From: Rhodosorus marinus CCMP1338
Lineage: Eukaryota; Plantae; Rhodophyta
Length of the DNA: 64,000 nucleotides
Assembly (NCBI GenBank): GCA_029953675.1
Contig: JAMWBK010000005.1
Location: 1,736,001-1,800,000, forward strand
Direction of reading: 5' to 3'
A model generated the notes under the pieces. That model made no database searches. It saw nothing but the letters and a program-made list of their open reading frames with translations, and was not told the DNA's origin. Made by a program: the position numbers and the translations under genes. Of this stretch, positions 1 to 11,582 are shown piece after piece (position 1 is the stretch's first letter; each line of letters begins with the position of its first letter).

Positions 1-828
1 CTTTGCATTATGTACTGCTGCCCACTCCAGGTACGAAAGCGCACACCCAAACTAGATAATTCCCTCCCTCCAGAAGTCACTCCCGCCAAATATTGCAGAA
101 CAGGGAGGCATGCCCACCTCGCCGGGGATCTGCATCGACTTTGCTTGAAGTTCGACAAAGTGCTTCCAGCTGGTCTCGACAATAATCCCTCTGGACTCCG
201 ACAAGCACATATCTGCTGCGCAAAGAATACATATAAAAATGCGTGTTGCTACTCTCCTTTGTCAAAGTCCGCGCAAAGTCAACTGAGCGAGACTTGAGTT
301 CCTATGGACGAGAGTCCTCTCTGGCAGGTTGATCCGAAAGCGAGGACAAAAAGACGGACAATGTTGGCCGTTGACGCGGCGGGGTGAGTTCACCCTGATG
401 CCTCTGAACGCTCAAATATCGCTAAAAACTCGAAAAGGACTGTCCTCGTGTAGCCGGCATCGTTTCTGTTCTGGTGTCATGCGCAAGTCTATCCCCATAC
501 GCGGCGATCCTCCCCTAGTCCTTCCGAGATTTCGATTGACAGCTCCTTTGGAGAATCATTGACTTTTATTACAATCTAGATGAATATTGTGAATAACTTC
601 TCAGTATTGGATTATATAAAAATGATTTGAAAACAAAATAGATGGAACACGCGACAAATTAGAAAATGTCCAAATTCGAGGATTCGAGCTCGCGGTGGTG
701 GGCGGCCAGCCATCACCTAAAAAAAGTAACAAGCTTCGTTGGGAAGGATTGAAGTGGTTTGCTGTTTGTGCTTGAATCGGTTGAAGCGGCTTTCATGTAG
801 GTGAAATGTATTAGTATAACCTGGAAGG

Positions 829-2374
829 ATGGCTAGAGGAGAGGCGCAGCTGGATGAAGACGGTTGGGCTGAGGATGACGAAGGATTCTGGACGGGGTTC
901 AACGCTATAAATGACGAGAACATCTACGAAGCCTATGTTTTCAAGCCTCCCCCGGGAGATGCGGATGCAGAGCAAGCGGGTGATGAGGATTCCAATAGAG
1001 AGGATAGAAATGACACGATTCAACCTGAGAACCCCTCTGTGGTTCCCACCGGGAAGGTCCCTTGGATCCTGATGACATCGATAATGACTGCGGAAGTGAT
1101 TGGCAATGGTGTACTATCGCTTCCAAGAGCATATGCAAGACTGGGGTGGATTCCCGCGCAGCTAGTACTATTCGTATTGTACCTTATAACTACGCATACT
1201 GGAATGTTGCTATTTCGCCAGCGCAACGGTCAACCGCAGTGCCGAAGCTACCCGGCGCTGTTTCTTAAAATCTTCGGAAAGGCTGCGTACGTATACGCCA
1301 CCCTTCTCGTCTACCTGCTTCTATTCATGTACTCTGCGGCGGGTGTGCTTGTCCAGGCAACTGCGTGGGAGGCGGCTCTTCCAGGTCTCTCGCTTAACTA
1401 TTGGATCATCATCGCAGCGGGTATATCTTGGCTCGTCCTCCAGATCCGATCAATGAAGAACGTGGGATTTCTGTCGATTGTTGGAGTCATCACCATCTTC
1501 ATTCCAATCATCTTGAGCATTGTGAGCATAGCGGGTATGGTCAACTCTGGATCTTTCGAACGTGGCGAACAGGTACTGTTCGGCAACAGTTTTTATGAAG
1601 CAGTCGTTGCCGCGACGGACATCATCTATGCCTTTGCCGGGCACGTCGTTTTTCTTGAGCTCATGGGGCAGATGCGGAGCCCGAGCCACTTCCCAAGATC
1701 GTTGTACGCTTCACAAACTGTCGTGCTCATTGTTTACGCTGCAGTTGGAAGCTCCATATACGCCATAGCCGGAGATGCAGACTGGCTTACATCGCCGTTT
1801 ACAACCTCCTTACAAGATGGACCTGTGAAATACATCGTTCAGGCGTTAATGATTGTCCACATTGCAATAGGAATTACTATCAATGGCAACATCCTTGTAA
1901 GGGCATTTCAGAACATGATTGAGCCGGGATTGAAGGAACTTGTTGCGGGTAGGACCGACCCAGGTACACCAGCTCGTGCATACGACCGAAATGACTATTC
2001 AATACCAGCAGTTATTGCCTGGGCAATTTGGAGTGCGATTATTCTGGCCTTAATCGCGTTGTTAATTTTCCTCATTCCGAAATTTGGTACGTACAACTTA
2101 AATCGGTCTTTTTATTGCGGAAGCACGTGTTTCTAATTGGCCATCCTTCCACTTCCTGCGCTCAGAAAATCTTATCGGCTTAACGGCATCTATAGCGGCC
2201 TCCCAGACCACTTTGGGCTGGCCACCGATACTGGACCTCTACGTCTTTGCAAGAAGCAGGACTGGAGCCTTCGCAACATGGCAGAACATGGCCAGTATCT
2301 CGGATATAATTGTCGCGATCTTCGCCCTAGTCGCTGGTTTGACTGCAAATATAATTGACCTTGTGAGGGCGTAG
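829..2374 (+). CDS. AAAP-family (Aa_trans) amino-acid permease with acidic N-terminal tail; 2 exons, join(829..2086,2166..2374)
   Basis: 435-aa ORF with many hydrophobic helices and the TAEVIGNGVLSLPRAYARLGW and DIIYAFAGH motifs typical of AAAP transporters. A GTACGT..CTCAG intron (2087-2165) restores an open hydrophobic C-terminus (ENLIGLTASIAASQTTLGWPP...DLVRA*). Confidence 0.88.
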
Positions 2375-3629
2375 GGAAGGCTCTCAATAAGCCGGGTTAG
2401 AGCCATCGATATAGAAAGGTCTAAGTTGCGCTGATAGTATCTGTCACCAGAAAACTACAGCGTCGATCGGGGAAAATCACGTGCATGTGCTCACGTCTCG
2501 GTCGCCCTTTTCTGCTAACTTGTAATCGATTAAATCCATGCCCCGCTATCATAGAAGAATGGTGTTTCCGCCATTAGGGAGTCTGGTTCTGAATACGCAC
2601 TGCCTGAACTGTACACTTGAAGAGCAGGTGTGGAGCTGTTTTCTCATTGCTGCCTTTTTCTATCAAGCAGAGGCAGTCGTTCACGAGGCATGTACTTGAT
2701 CGCGCGAAGGGAGGTAGCATTCAAGAGAACTTATGACGACGACTAGAAATAAAGGATCAGTGCAGAAAATTGAAGCCTACGGAATGAGCGGTGGAAGGTT
2801 CTCGGCCGTACTTCAACACCTTCTCCCCGCCCGCTCGGAATTCGAATCACTTTCAGTAACATCGAGATGTTGCTCTTCTAAATCGCTGGAAGCACTCGAA
2901 AGCTACTTGACCTTTCGGCGTTTTCAAGACTATGCCATTTATTCGAAAAGCATCCCCAATCCGACCTGCTTGTATCAGAAAAGCCGACTCCAGTCGCCGG
3001 TCTTCTTAGACTAACGTCGCACCTACAAACACAAAGCACATGCGATGTCTTTCTCGCCGATGGCCAGGATCCTTCTGGGGATTGAAAAAATTAGATATAT
3101 TCAATTAAGCGACCCCAAGCGTTCGCTATCGCCCAAAACTTAAGGAATCAGTACCTGTCCAAGAACTAATGAATTCTGTTTTATTCTAAAGCCATAGCTG
3201 GATGTTGGGATTTTAGAGGACAGTCTGTCTAATACGTTTAAACATTCAAAATTTTCTTCTGCCGTTACGCAGGTCAAGGAGTGTTTGGGTCGGGGGTTTA
3301 GCTGGTCAATTGTAGGAATCCGTAGTTTCGTATGGAGGAACGTGTACTACTGAAAACTCGTATGTAGTGGAAATGAAAGTAGGCTGCACTCATTCCTGTT
3401 CGAGCGAAAGTTTAGCAAGGACGTGAGCTGATCGTCGAGTCGGGGGCTACTAAGGGGTCCTTAAGGGTCGTTTTCGAGATAGAAAACGTCTGGGCTGCTG
3501 TGGAATATGAGTACCAATTGAGTTAGAGTATGGGAATGTACTGAGGGAAATTGTTCCTTGCTGACGAAGGAATAAGGAGGGGTATCGTCACGGGCAGGGA
3601 GAACCAGGTGCTGCTCGTGGCTCTCCGAA

Positions 3630-6600
3630 ATGACCCTTCGGGTTTCCTCGTGTTCAGCGTCGACCTCCCAGTCGATTGAGATTGGAGATGAGGAATTGGG
3701 TAAGGTGGGGTCAGTGTTACAGGCTGACTTTGAACTGCCGCTTCACTTTGATGATCTGTCAAAGAAGCGAGTTTCGGACACGTCCCCATCTTCTTTGATG
3801 GTTTCCATCACGCCGTACGAGGATGCGAGGGATTTGATTCGCTCGTCTGTCACTGAAAGCTGGTGGGATCCGGATGAGGACACTTTCTCTGTGATGTACT
3901 CCCTGGTGAGGCAATACGAGAAGCTGACGCAGGATGAAAAGCGTAGTCTAGTGGCTACGATCATCAACGGCCTGCGAGCAGCTTTGGCTATGGCAAATGG
4001 CGAACTGGCATGCAGTGGGAAAAGGTACTTACTCAATACAGCAAAAGCCGTAGTCCTCTTCGCGTCGAATGTGGTCAGAATCGCAGAGCAAGTAGAATTT
4101 GCTCAAACCAACAAGGAAAGGAGACAACTGGGGTGGACATGGGCAGTGGAAGGCAGAGGAGATCTACTCAGCGAGCTTCACTCAATCATGGAGTGTCGCA
4201 AGATCACACAAGCGTGGGGCTCTAATGGTGCCGACGAAAGCTTCATGAACCTTTTCATTCGGTGTACTCTCAACGTTCTTGAAAATCCGACAATCGCAAA
4301 AGATAAGGCAGTGAAGGAGCTCTGTCTCCAAATTTTAGTCGGAGTTGTGCGAGAAGAACAAACGCACGGCAGTGTGGTTTCTGCGTTGCTTAGGCTGTTA
4401 GTAGCACATGAGCATTCCGCTGCGGTTCTTTCGTCGTTGCTGGAGATGCACTATGACGAGAAGTCCGAAAGCAAGTTTCTTGATCTATTCGTGGACACCG
4501 TAAGTGCTATCAAAGTCTCACGCATCGTAAGTGAAATCCTGTCCTAACTTGCAAGCACTCTTCGCTGTGTCTTTGTCGTTCAGATGGTGGGCATGGAGGA
4601 CAGGGAGATGGGCAAAGATGGAACCGCTGGTAAGAATCTTGGGAGCTTTCTGGCACAGACAGGGAATAAAATACCGAAATTCATCTCGAGCTATATGCAA
4701 AAGCTGGTTTCGATGTTTGAACGGGAGAGCTACCAGACAAGAAACGGGATGGTCGAGTCCGTCGGGCACTTGATTCGACATGAATACGCTGAGGCAAAGG
4801 CTGAGAATGTCAACGCGGAGACTAAGAGCCAGCGATTAGAGATCATTTCCGCGCTATTCAGTGCGATAATGATCCGCACGAAGGACGTTAACGCTTTTGC
4901 CCGTAGTCGAGTTTTGCAAGTTTTATGCGGTCTGGTTGAGGATGAATGCGTCCAAGCTGTGCATTTTGTGGAGATCACGAAACTTGGACTGCTTCACATG
5001 CATGACAAAGCAGCTGCTGTGCGAAAGAGTTCGCTCGTGCTCCTCATGCGCATGCTGGAGTTCAACCCGTTCTCGCCGCAGCTGTCCGGATCAACCGTTA
5101 AGTTCATTTCTCGGATGCAGGGTGACAGCGCCGTGGAGTTCGCGGAGTGCATGGGGGAAGCATGCTCAAGTGCTTTGCTCTTAATCCGCTCTTCTTCTAT
5201 CACGGACGTGCAGAGCGCGATAAGCTTCCTTGTTACGGCCATAAAGTTCCAAGTACCTGGGACTGACGGTGCGAACAGGCAACTTCTACCACTACTGCTC
5301 TCTCATGAGGTTTCTGTACGAGAGTGTGCCCTGAAAGCGTTTGAGGCAATGCTGCATTCGAGCGAGGCCGACGAACGGCTAAGGGCAATGAAGACTGCGC
5401 AGTTGTTGCTTCAACTCACACGCGGTGCAACCGTAGGGCAGCTCACATGTGTTTCTGAGCTATTCTCAGGGGCAAGAATTCTAGATGCGGCCGTCTTCCA
5501 GGTGCTTCTAGACATCGGCTCGGACAAGGTGCCATCTGTTCCCTTGGAGTCACGCAGAGTTGCGATAGAGCTGGTATCAATAGCGGTTCAGGTCGGGTCT
5601 CCGCTTGTTCGCGCAAGAGATGTGCCAGTATCGGAGCTGCTCAGATATGAATCAGACCCCACAGTCTGCCGGAACCTTTGCAGTTTTGCAGCGGTGGTTT
5701 GTGCTGACGATAAGACGGCAACAGCTATCGAAGAACTTCTACTCAGAGAAGTCGCGGAGACCGATGCGTTGTGGATTCCCGTGGCAGATCAAGCTTTTCG
5801 TGCGTTAATGAGCTGCAGCCCCGAACCAGAAAAGGCGGCAGAGAGAGTTCTGCGCAGGCTTAGTCAACGCTTCTTGGCGACGAAGAAGGAGGCCGATCTT
5901 TTGAAAGCTGTCTTCTCTGTAGGTCAGATCAGTATCCAGCAGCTGATTCGAATCGAATCTACTCGTCAGGTCATCAGAAAGCAGAAGCGAGAAACAGGTG
6001 AGGAGGGACTGTCTATATCAGAAAGTGCTTTCACTTCTTTGTTTTTCCTCGTCTCCTATTAAACCTTACTCAGCGTGGAACACAGCTAACTGATGCGATC
6101 TCCGTTCTGCATCTAAATCATACGGTTGAAATAGAATCTGAAGCCGGTACGTTGTATGAGCAACTCGGTGAGGGGCACGCGGCGTTGGAGGCTGAACTGG
6201 AGCATGCTCTTGAGGAAGGAGAGCAGGAGATTCTTGAGGAAGGGTCCCTCATCCGACGATTTATTCCTATTCTTTGCAGGCTGTGTGGGGATTCGTTTGG
6301 AAACGCGAGTTTGCGGACAACCGCTGCGATCTCTCTAGCTAAACTTATGTCCACATGCGAAACAACGTGTAGAGAACACCTACGGTTGGTCTTCTCACTC
6401 CTCAAATCAGCGGTCGAGCCGTCTGTGCGAAGGAACCTTATCATTGCGATTGGAGACCTGACATTTCGGTTTCCCAACCTTTTGGAGCCCTGGACGGACG
6501 CGATATTCTCAACGCTGGAGGACACAGATGCTTCAGTGAGAAAGAATGCGGCGCTTACAATTACCCACTTGATTCTGAACGATATGCTCAAGGTGCGAGG

Positions 6601-7647
6601 CCAAATAGTGAGCGTTGTGGTACTTCTGCACGATCTGGACGACAGAATTTCGGAGCTCGTTCGGATGTTCTTCTGTGAGCTCTCTAAGAAAAGTGGTCAT
6701 GTCATCTACAACATCATTCCAGATGTGCTCTCCGGTCTCTTCCATCGTCGAAAGCTGGACGACAACGATTTCAGGGACGTGATGAAGTTCTTGATATCGT
6801 TTGTTAAAGACCGAGAGCGGCAGGCGGAAGGAACAATAGAGAGGTTGTGCCACCGCTTTCGATCGGTCAACAACATTGAAGACGCTCGAAGAATAGCGTG
6901 TTGCCTTACGAACTTCAACTACTCTGATCGCTGTTTCCGGAAGCTCTCAGCAATGTACAGATGTTACTCCGAGTTTCTTTTCGACGAGGAGGTGAACGAG
7001 CTCTTCTCCACCATCACGACAAAGGCGAAGAGGTTTCCTAAGCAGCAGCTGCGAATGGAACTGGACGAGTTCCAGTCCAAGCTGGACTCGGCAGTTGATG
7101 GAACCCGGAATGATCTGAATGCGAAACTCAAAGACGTCAGCGAATCCCTTTCGCGGGTAGCCTTGCAGGACGTAACATCGAGCGTGACTAACGCTTCTAG
7201 TCCTCACGGAAACGCGGCGAAACAGGAAAAACGCTCAGCAAAGGGGTAAGCAAAGAAAGCAAAACGAACGTACTCCGAGTAGCTTAGCACACTGCGTCAA
7301 CAGAATCCTGATGGTCTATTGCGTTGATTAAACTCAGGCTTGCAAGTGCTGGAAGAAGTCGAAAGCGGCGAACGAGACTGGAAGGGGAATTCTCAGAGGA
7401 GTCTGGAGCTGAGTCCCAAGTCCCTGAGTCCGATGAGGACGTGGATGACGAGGAGCCTGAACATCACGTGAAGCTTGATGACGTTCCGAACGAACCGCTA
7501 TCAGCTCGCCCAAGCGTAAGGACGAAGAGACGCGGTGTCGGACTTCGCAGTGCGGAAAGAAGTCGAAGAAGAAGAGTAGTTGTAAGCATGGACAGCGATG
7601 ATTCCGCTGATGACTATGATAGCGAGGCTAGCTATGGAGTAGAATGA
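3630..7647 (+). CDS. NCAPD2: Condensin I subunit CAP-D2 (Cnd1/Ycs4), HEAT-repeat protein; introns 4500-4583, 5998-6134, 7246-7337; start codon uncertain
   Basis: Three long ORFs join in frame across GT-AG introns. Motifs: DFELPL N-terminus, KDVNAFARSRVLQ, EFNPF, and the Cnd1 C-domain VRRNLIIAIGDLTFRFPNLLEPWT...LILNDMLKVRGQ...IYNIIPDVLS. Conserved sequence begins near 3723. Confidence 0.93.
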
Positions 7648-9039
7648 AACAATCATGTTTCAATCCAGTGTAAATATCAGAAGGAAACGTAATATCGGTT
7701 TCCCTCGCAGAACAATTTTGTGGCGGTTCTGCTTGGTCTTTATCTTTAGCTCCGGGCGGTTTCCACCTGAATACAAACCTCTTGAGAATTCGTTAATGAT
7801 CTATCTTATAAAACAATCTGGCCTGTTCATCTGATTCATAACACATATGGAATGCAGCATGCACTCAGCACGTTCTCATCGGTTCCGGGCTACAATTCTC
7901 CTCTACCCGGCGCGATGAAAAGAAACAGAAATCGAATTGCAGCTAGTTGTCGGGTCTCCAAGGGCGAATTCTCAACCGGATCTAGCCAGAGTTCAGACAA
8001 GCACGGAAGCGAAACTGGATAGGTCCGGGAAGTAAAAAAGAAGAAAGCAATGAACAACAAGTTCCTGCACGTACACAATTCAGCTCGGCATTGCAGGCAA
8101 GATGAAGCAGTGATCGAAGTCGAATGAATCGAATGTACCCCACAAACACTGCACTAAGGAGAAAAAAGTTGGACACCAAGCATTCTGAAAAGCACCGCGG
8201 ATCCAAAATCCAAGCAAGTCAGCCAAGTGCTCTCGATGCCATCGAGTACGAGCTGAAGGCATCTAATGCCATTCTATGTAGTGCTCAAAAAGCTCATTGC
8301 AGCTAAGGCGAAAACAGGGAGCATAGCCTTAACGGTGAGCAGTAAACTAGGAAGCCACGGTGGGACACTTTGCACTGTTCCGAACCCGACGAAGGCCTGT
8401 GCTTCAAAGATCAATGAAGAATCGGAGTTGAACTCAAGACCGAACATATCAAAGTTCAATGGAACGGCGAAAGAGCCAACGTGGGCATTCAACAATTCGT
8501 GATAGATACGAAGCTGCGGGTGCTAGTGCTGCACCAGCACCGCCCAAATCTAAGCAAGGGATCTGTCGGCAATATCAAAGGACTAGTCAGAGTCGAAGGC
8601 ACCACCTAATATCTCAAACGTTTGAGAGACTTGATAGGTTACGCCTGGAGCCATGCACAAAAATCCTAAAAGGTATCCGAGTTGGAAGTACGACAAAACC
8701 TCTCAAAAACGTTTAGATGGGCAGCGAAAAATTTACAAATAGAAGGCTTCAACTGTTTGCCGTAAAGCAGAAAGCTCTCCGGGAAAGCTCTGAGGTGATC
8801 CTCATCCCTCCGCCGCATTGAACTCTTCTTCACGCCTTGGCTGACACTGGGGGTTGTCATCAAAGTCAGGACGATCGATATTGGAGCGCAGAAGCTTTTG
8901 GTTGCGATGTTGTTGAGTCCGTAGCCAGAAAGCGTTTGGTTGCGTGATTGGATGCGAAGCGGGTTAAGATAAACACACACAACTTGAGGTTGTGTTTTTA
9001 ATTTCATGTGCCGACTTCTTGGAGAAAAACCGCTCAGCA

Positions 9040-10206
9040 ATGTATTTGCTTGCTGGTTTTGCAGCGAGCTTGGGCAGTAGCGTTGGCGGCGATGGGAACG
9101 GGCACACCGCGTTGGATCGGCGGATGATGCGGCGATGTGTTGAGCTGGCGAAACGCGCTGCTGGTAAGACTCGACCAAACCCTGTAGTGGGTTGTGTAGT
9201 CGTGAACGATGAGGGCCTGGTTGTCGGAGAGGGCTTCCATGAGAAGGCCGGAGGGCCCCATGCCGAGGTCGTCGCTCTAAAGTACGCGGGGATCCACTCC
9301 GCGGGAGCGAAAGTGTACGTTAGCCTTGAACCCTGCAATCACTTCGGACGGACGCCTCCCTGCGTTGATGCGTTGCTTAACGCAGGGGTAGGCGAGGTCT
9401 TCGTTGGCATGGTGGATCCCGACCCCCGTACCGCTGGCAAAGGAGTTGACAGGCTAAAAGAAAACGGCGTGAAGGTGCGTGTTGGCATTGAGGAAGAGCT
9501 CTGTCAATCAGCAAACGAAGGTTTCAGCTATCGGATAAGAAACAAGGTGCCTCTAGGAACATGGAAGTACGCAATGACATTGGACGGCAAGATCGCCTCG
9601 GACACCGGCAGCTCAAAGTGGGTATCCGGTGAGGCTGCTCGTTCAATCGTACAACGGGTTAGATCAGAATCTGATGCTATAATTGTCGGCGGGAACACCG
9701 TGCGAGTGGACAATCCGCGATTAACAGTACGTGAGTACAGATCTGATGGCCTTCAACCCATCCGGGTGGTTATGACATCGACAATGGACCTGCCTAAGAA
9801 TGCTAGACTGTGGGATGTTTCGGATGCCCGTACGATTGTGTTCACCAGAGTCAGCGCAGCAGAGTCCAAGCCCGAGCTTTATGACCATCTGCTAAAGTGC
9901 GGGGTGGAAGTTATGCTGAGGGAGGAGATCTGCCCTAGGTTTGTCATGGAACACCTGTACGGGGAGGGCGCGATGAACGTTCTCTGGGAGTGTGGTGGAA
10001 AGTTGGCCGCCGAGGCAATGCGCAATGGATGTATACAGAACGTGATCGCCTTCTTGGCTCCAAAACTTATCGGTGGCATGGAGCATTCCCCCCTTTCGAA
10101 CTTCGGCTTGCAGGATATGAGCAAAGCTCTGAACGTCTGCAATGTGAGGTTCGAGCAGGTTGGAAAAGACTTCGTCTTCTACGGTAGAGTTGAAAACACC
10201 GGCTAG
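9040..10206 (+). CDS. ribD: Bifunctional riboflavin biosynthesis deaminase/reductase RibD; the N-terminus may extend through an upstream exon
   Basis: Deaminase motifs PNPVVGCV, HAE and SLEPCNHFGRTPPC; reductase motifs KYAMTLDGKIA, SKWVSG, DAIIVGGNTVRVDNPRLTVR, VLWECGG and APKLIGG. Confidence 0.95.
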   Translation: MYLLAGFAASLGSSVGGDGNGHTALDRRMMRRCVELAKRAAGKTRPNPVVGCVVVNDEGLVVGEGFHEKAGGPHAEVVALKYAGIHSAGAKVYVSLEPCNHFGRTPPCVDALLNAGVGEVFVGMVDPDPRTAGKGVDRLKENGVKVRVGIEEELCQSANEGFSYRIRNKVPLGTWKYAMTLDGKIASDTGSSKWVSGEAARSIVQRVRSESDAIIVGGNTVRVDNPRLTVREYRSDGLQPIRVVMTSTMDLPKNARLWDVSDARTIVFTRVSAAESKPELYDHLLKCGVEVMLREEICPRFVMEHLYGEGAMNVLWECGGKLAAEAMRNGCIQNVIAFLAPKLIGGMEHSPLSNFGLQDMSKALNVCNVRFEQVGKDFVFYGRVENTG

Positions 10207-10804
10207 GATGTTGTTAGCGGTCGTCAAGCAGTTTCAAAATGTAAATACTCTCACAGGCCTGAGCAACGAAGAAAGCACGCAAGGAACGAATTAAAAGTTG
10301 AGCTTGTTTCGAACTCGAGCAGACCTCGATCTCTGTTGATGTTCACGCGCAGTGGGGTCATAATAGATAGAATTTATTGCTCCCGAATCGCTTTCAGAAG
10401 TCGCCTGTGCTTGGTTTCCGAGCTCTCTTCTTGCATTGCTGCAGGTAAGAAAACTCCCGCTGGAAGAACTTGTGGATTGGCGGTTTTAGAATTCTCCTCA
10501 ATAGCATTTGATGGTTTGCGAGTTTCCGGAACACTTAAATAAGTATTAAAGGACTGTCGCCGGGTTCCTTTTCGCGCACCTTCCCTACCAACCTAAACAA
10601 AAAGAGCTTGGGTGTTGCCCGGAATAGCGTGCGTCAGTTGCCGGGGTACAACCTCGCCGCACAGCACAAACTCGGACATGGGTTAGACGTAGATGCTTCC
10701 TCGAACTCAAGCTGGATCATAGTGAATCCGCTGGACAGTTGTCGAACGTTTCCGGAATGCAGTTCTTCCCAAAGCCTTTAGGGGACAATCCCATTTATTG
10801 ATAA

Positions 10805-10820
10805 GCGCTTTCGAAAGCGC
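10805..10820. repeat. 16-bp perfect palindrome GCGCTTTCGAAAGCGC
   Basis: The sequence equals its own reverse complement. It lies between the convergent ribD and 11166-11582 genes. Function unknown. Confidence 0.6.
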
Positions 10821-11165
10821 AGTTGGTTGATTCCTGTTATAAACTGTTGACGTGGCCCAAGACCACATTGTACATACATATCATGAGCATTCACTCACTT
10901 GATTGCCTTTTCTCGACCGGTGGACACCGCGTTGACCTCTTCCTCAAGACTTTGCTTCGTCTCGATTGATCAAGAAGAAACAGCATCGCCATTACGTTTC
11001 TCGTGGATCCTCGACGCTCACATCCAGCGATCGATCGGAAAGCACCAGCTTTCCTTCCCTCACTCGTGACAGAGACGGACAAAAAATAAGTAACTGATTT
11101 ACAGACTCGAGCCGCTTTCAAGCTTTCGGTGAACGGCTGCTTCGAATTAGTGTGTATAGTGCGCT

Positions 11166-11582
11166 TCATTCCATTGACCAAAAGTGGTCTCTTATCTCAA
11201 CGTACTCACTGAACTTCTCCAAGAGTCCAGGGACACCAGCCTCTTGCACGTCTCGCAAGGAGGGAGTTCTTCCGTGTTCTTCTCGGAAAAATTCGCTCCA
11301 TGGAGTCAGTTGCCTTCTCAAAGTCATATATTTACAAAATCTATCCTCCTCGCGCCTTATTCTGTCGGCTTTCTTCTTTTTTCTCCCTGTCTGAACGGTA
11401 CCAAGCCGGAACTCCTTCTTCTTTGGAGTCGGTGCGCACTGCAACCACTTCCGTCCGCTCTGATCATCACCCGCTAGAAGCTCTAAAGGAAGAACCATTT
11501 GCACCTTGCACAGGCTATCATTCCTCGTGCCTACTCTCTGCAGGCGTTGTCTGCCCACGTCAATCCCGCCCACAAACGCCAT
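11166..11582 (-). CDS. 138-aa protein with a probable plastid transit peptide and a C-terminal Sld2/RecQ4-N/FAM13-like helical motif
   Basis: Intronless ATG-to-TGA ORF starting MAFV (red-algal transit-peptide pattern). C-terminus LRRQLTPWSEFFREEHGRTPSLRDVQEAGVPGLLEKFSEYVEIR. Confidence 0.8.
   Translation of the reverse strand: MAFVGGIDVGRQRLQRVGTRNDSLCKVQMVLPLELLAGDDQSGRKWLQCAPTPKKKEFRLGTVQTGRKKKKADRIRREEDRFCKYMTLRRQLTPWSEFFREEHGRTPSLRDVQEAGVPGLLEKFSEYVEIRDHFWSME

Noticed and set aside
7890-8716. Short overlapping ORFs between CAP-D2 and ribD
   Set aside because: No consistent frame, splice model or protein motif.
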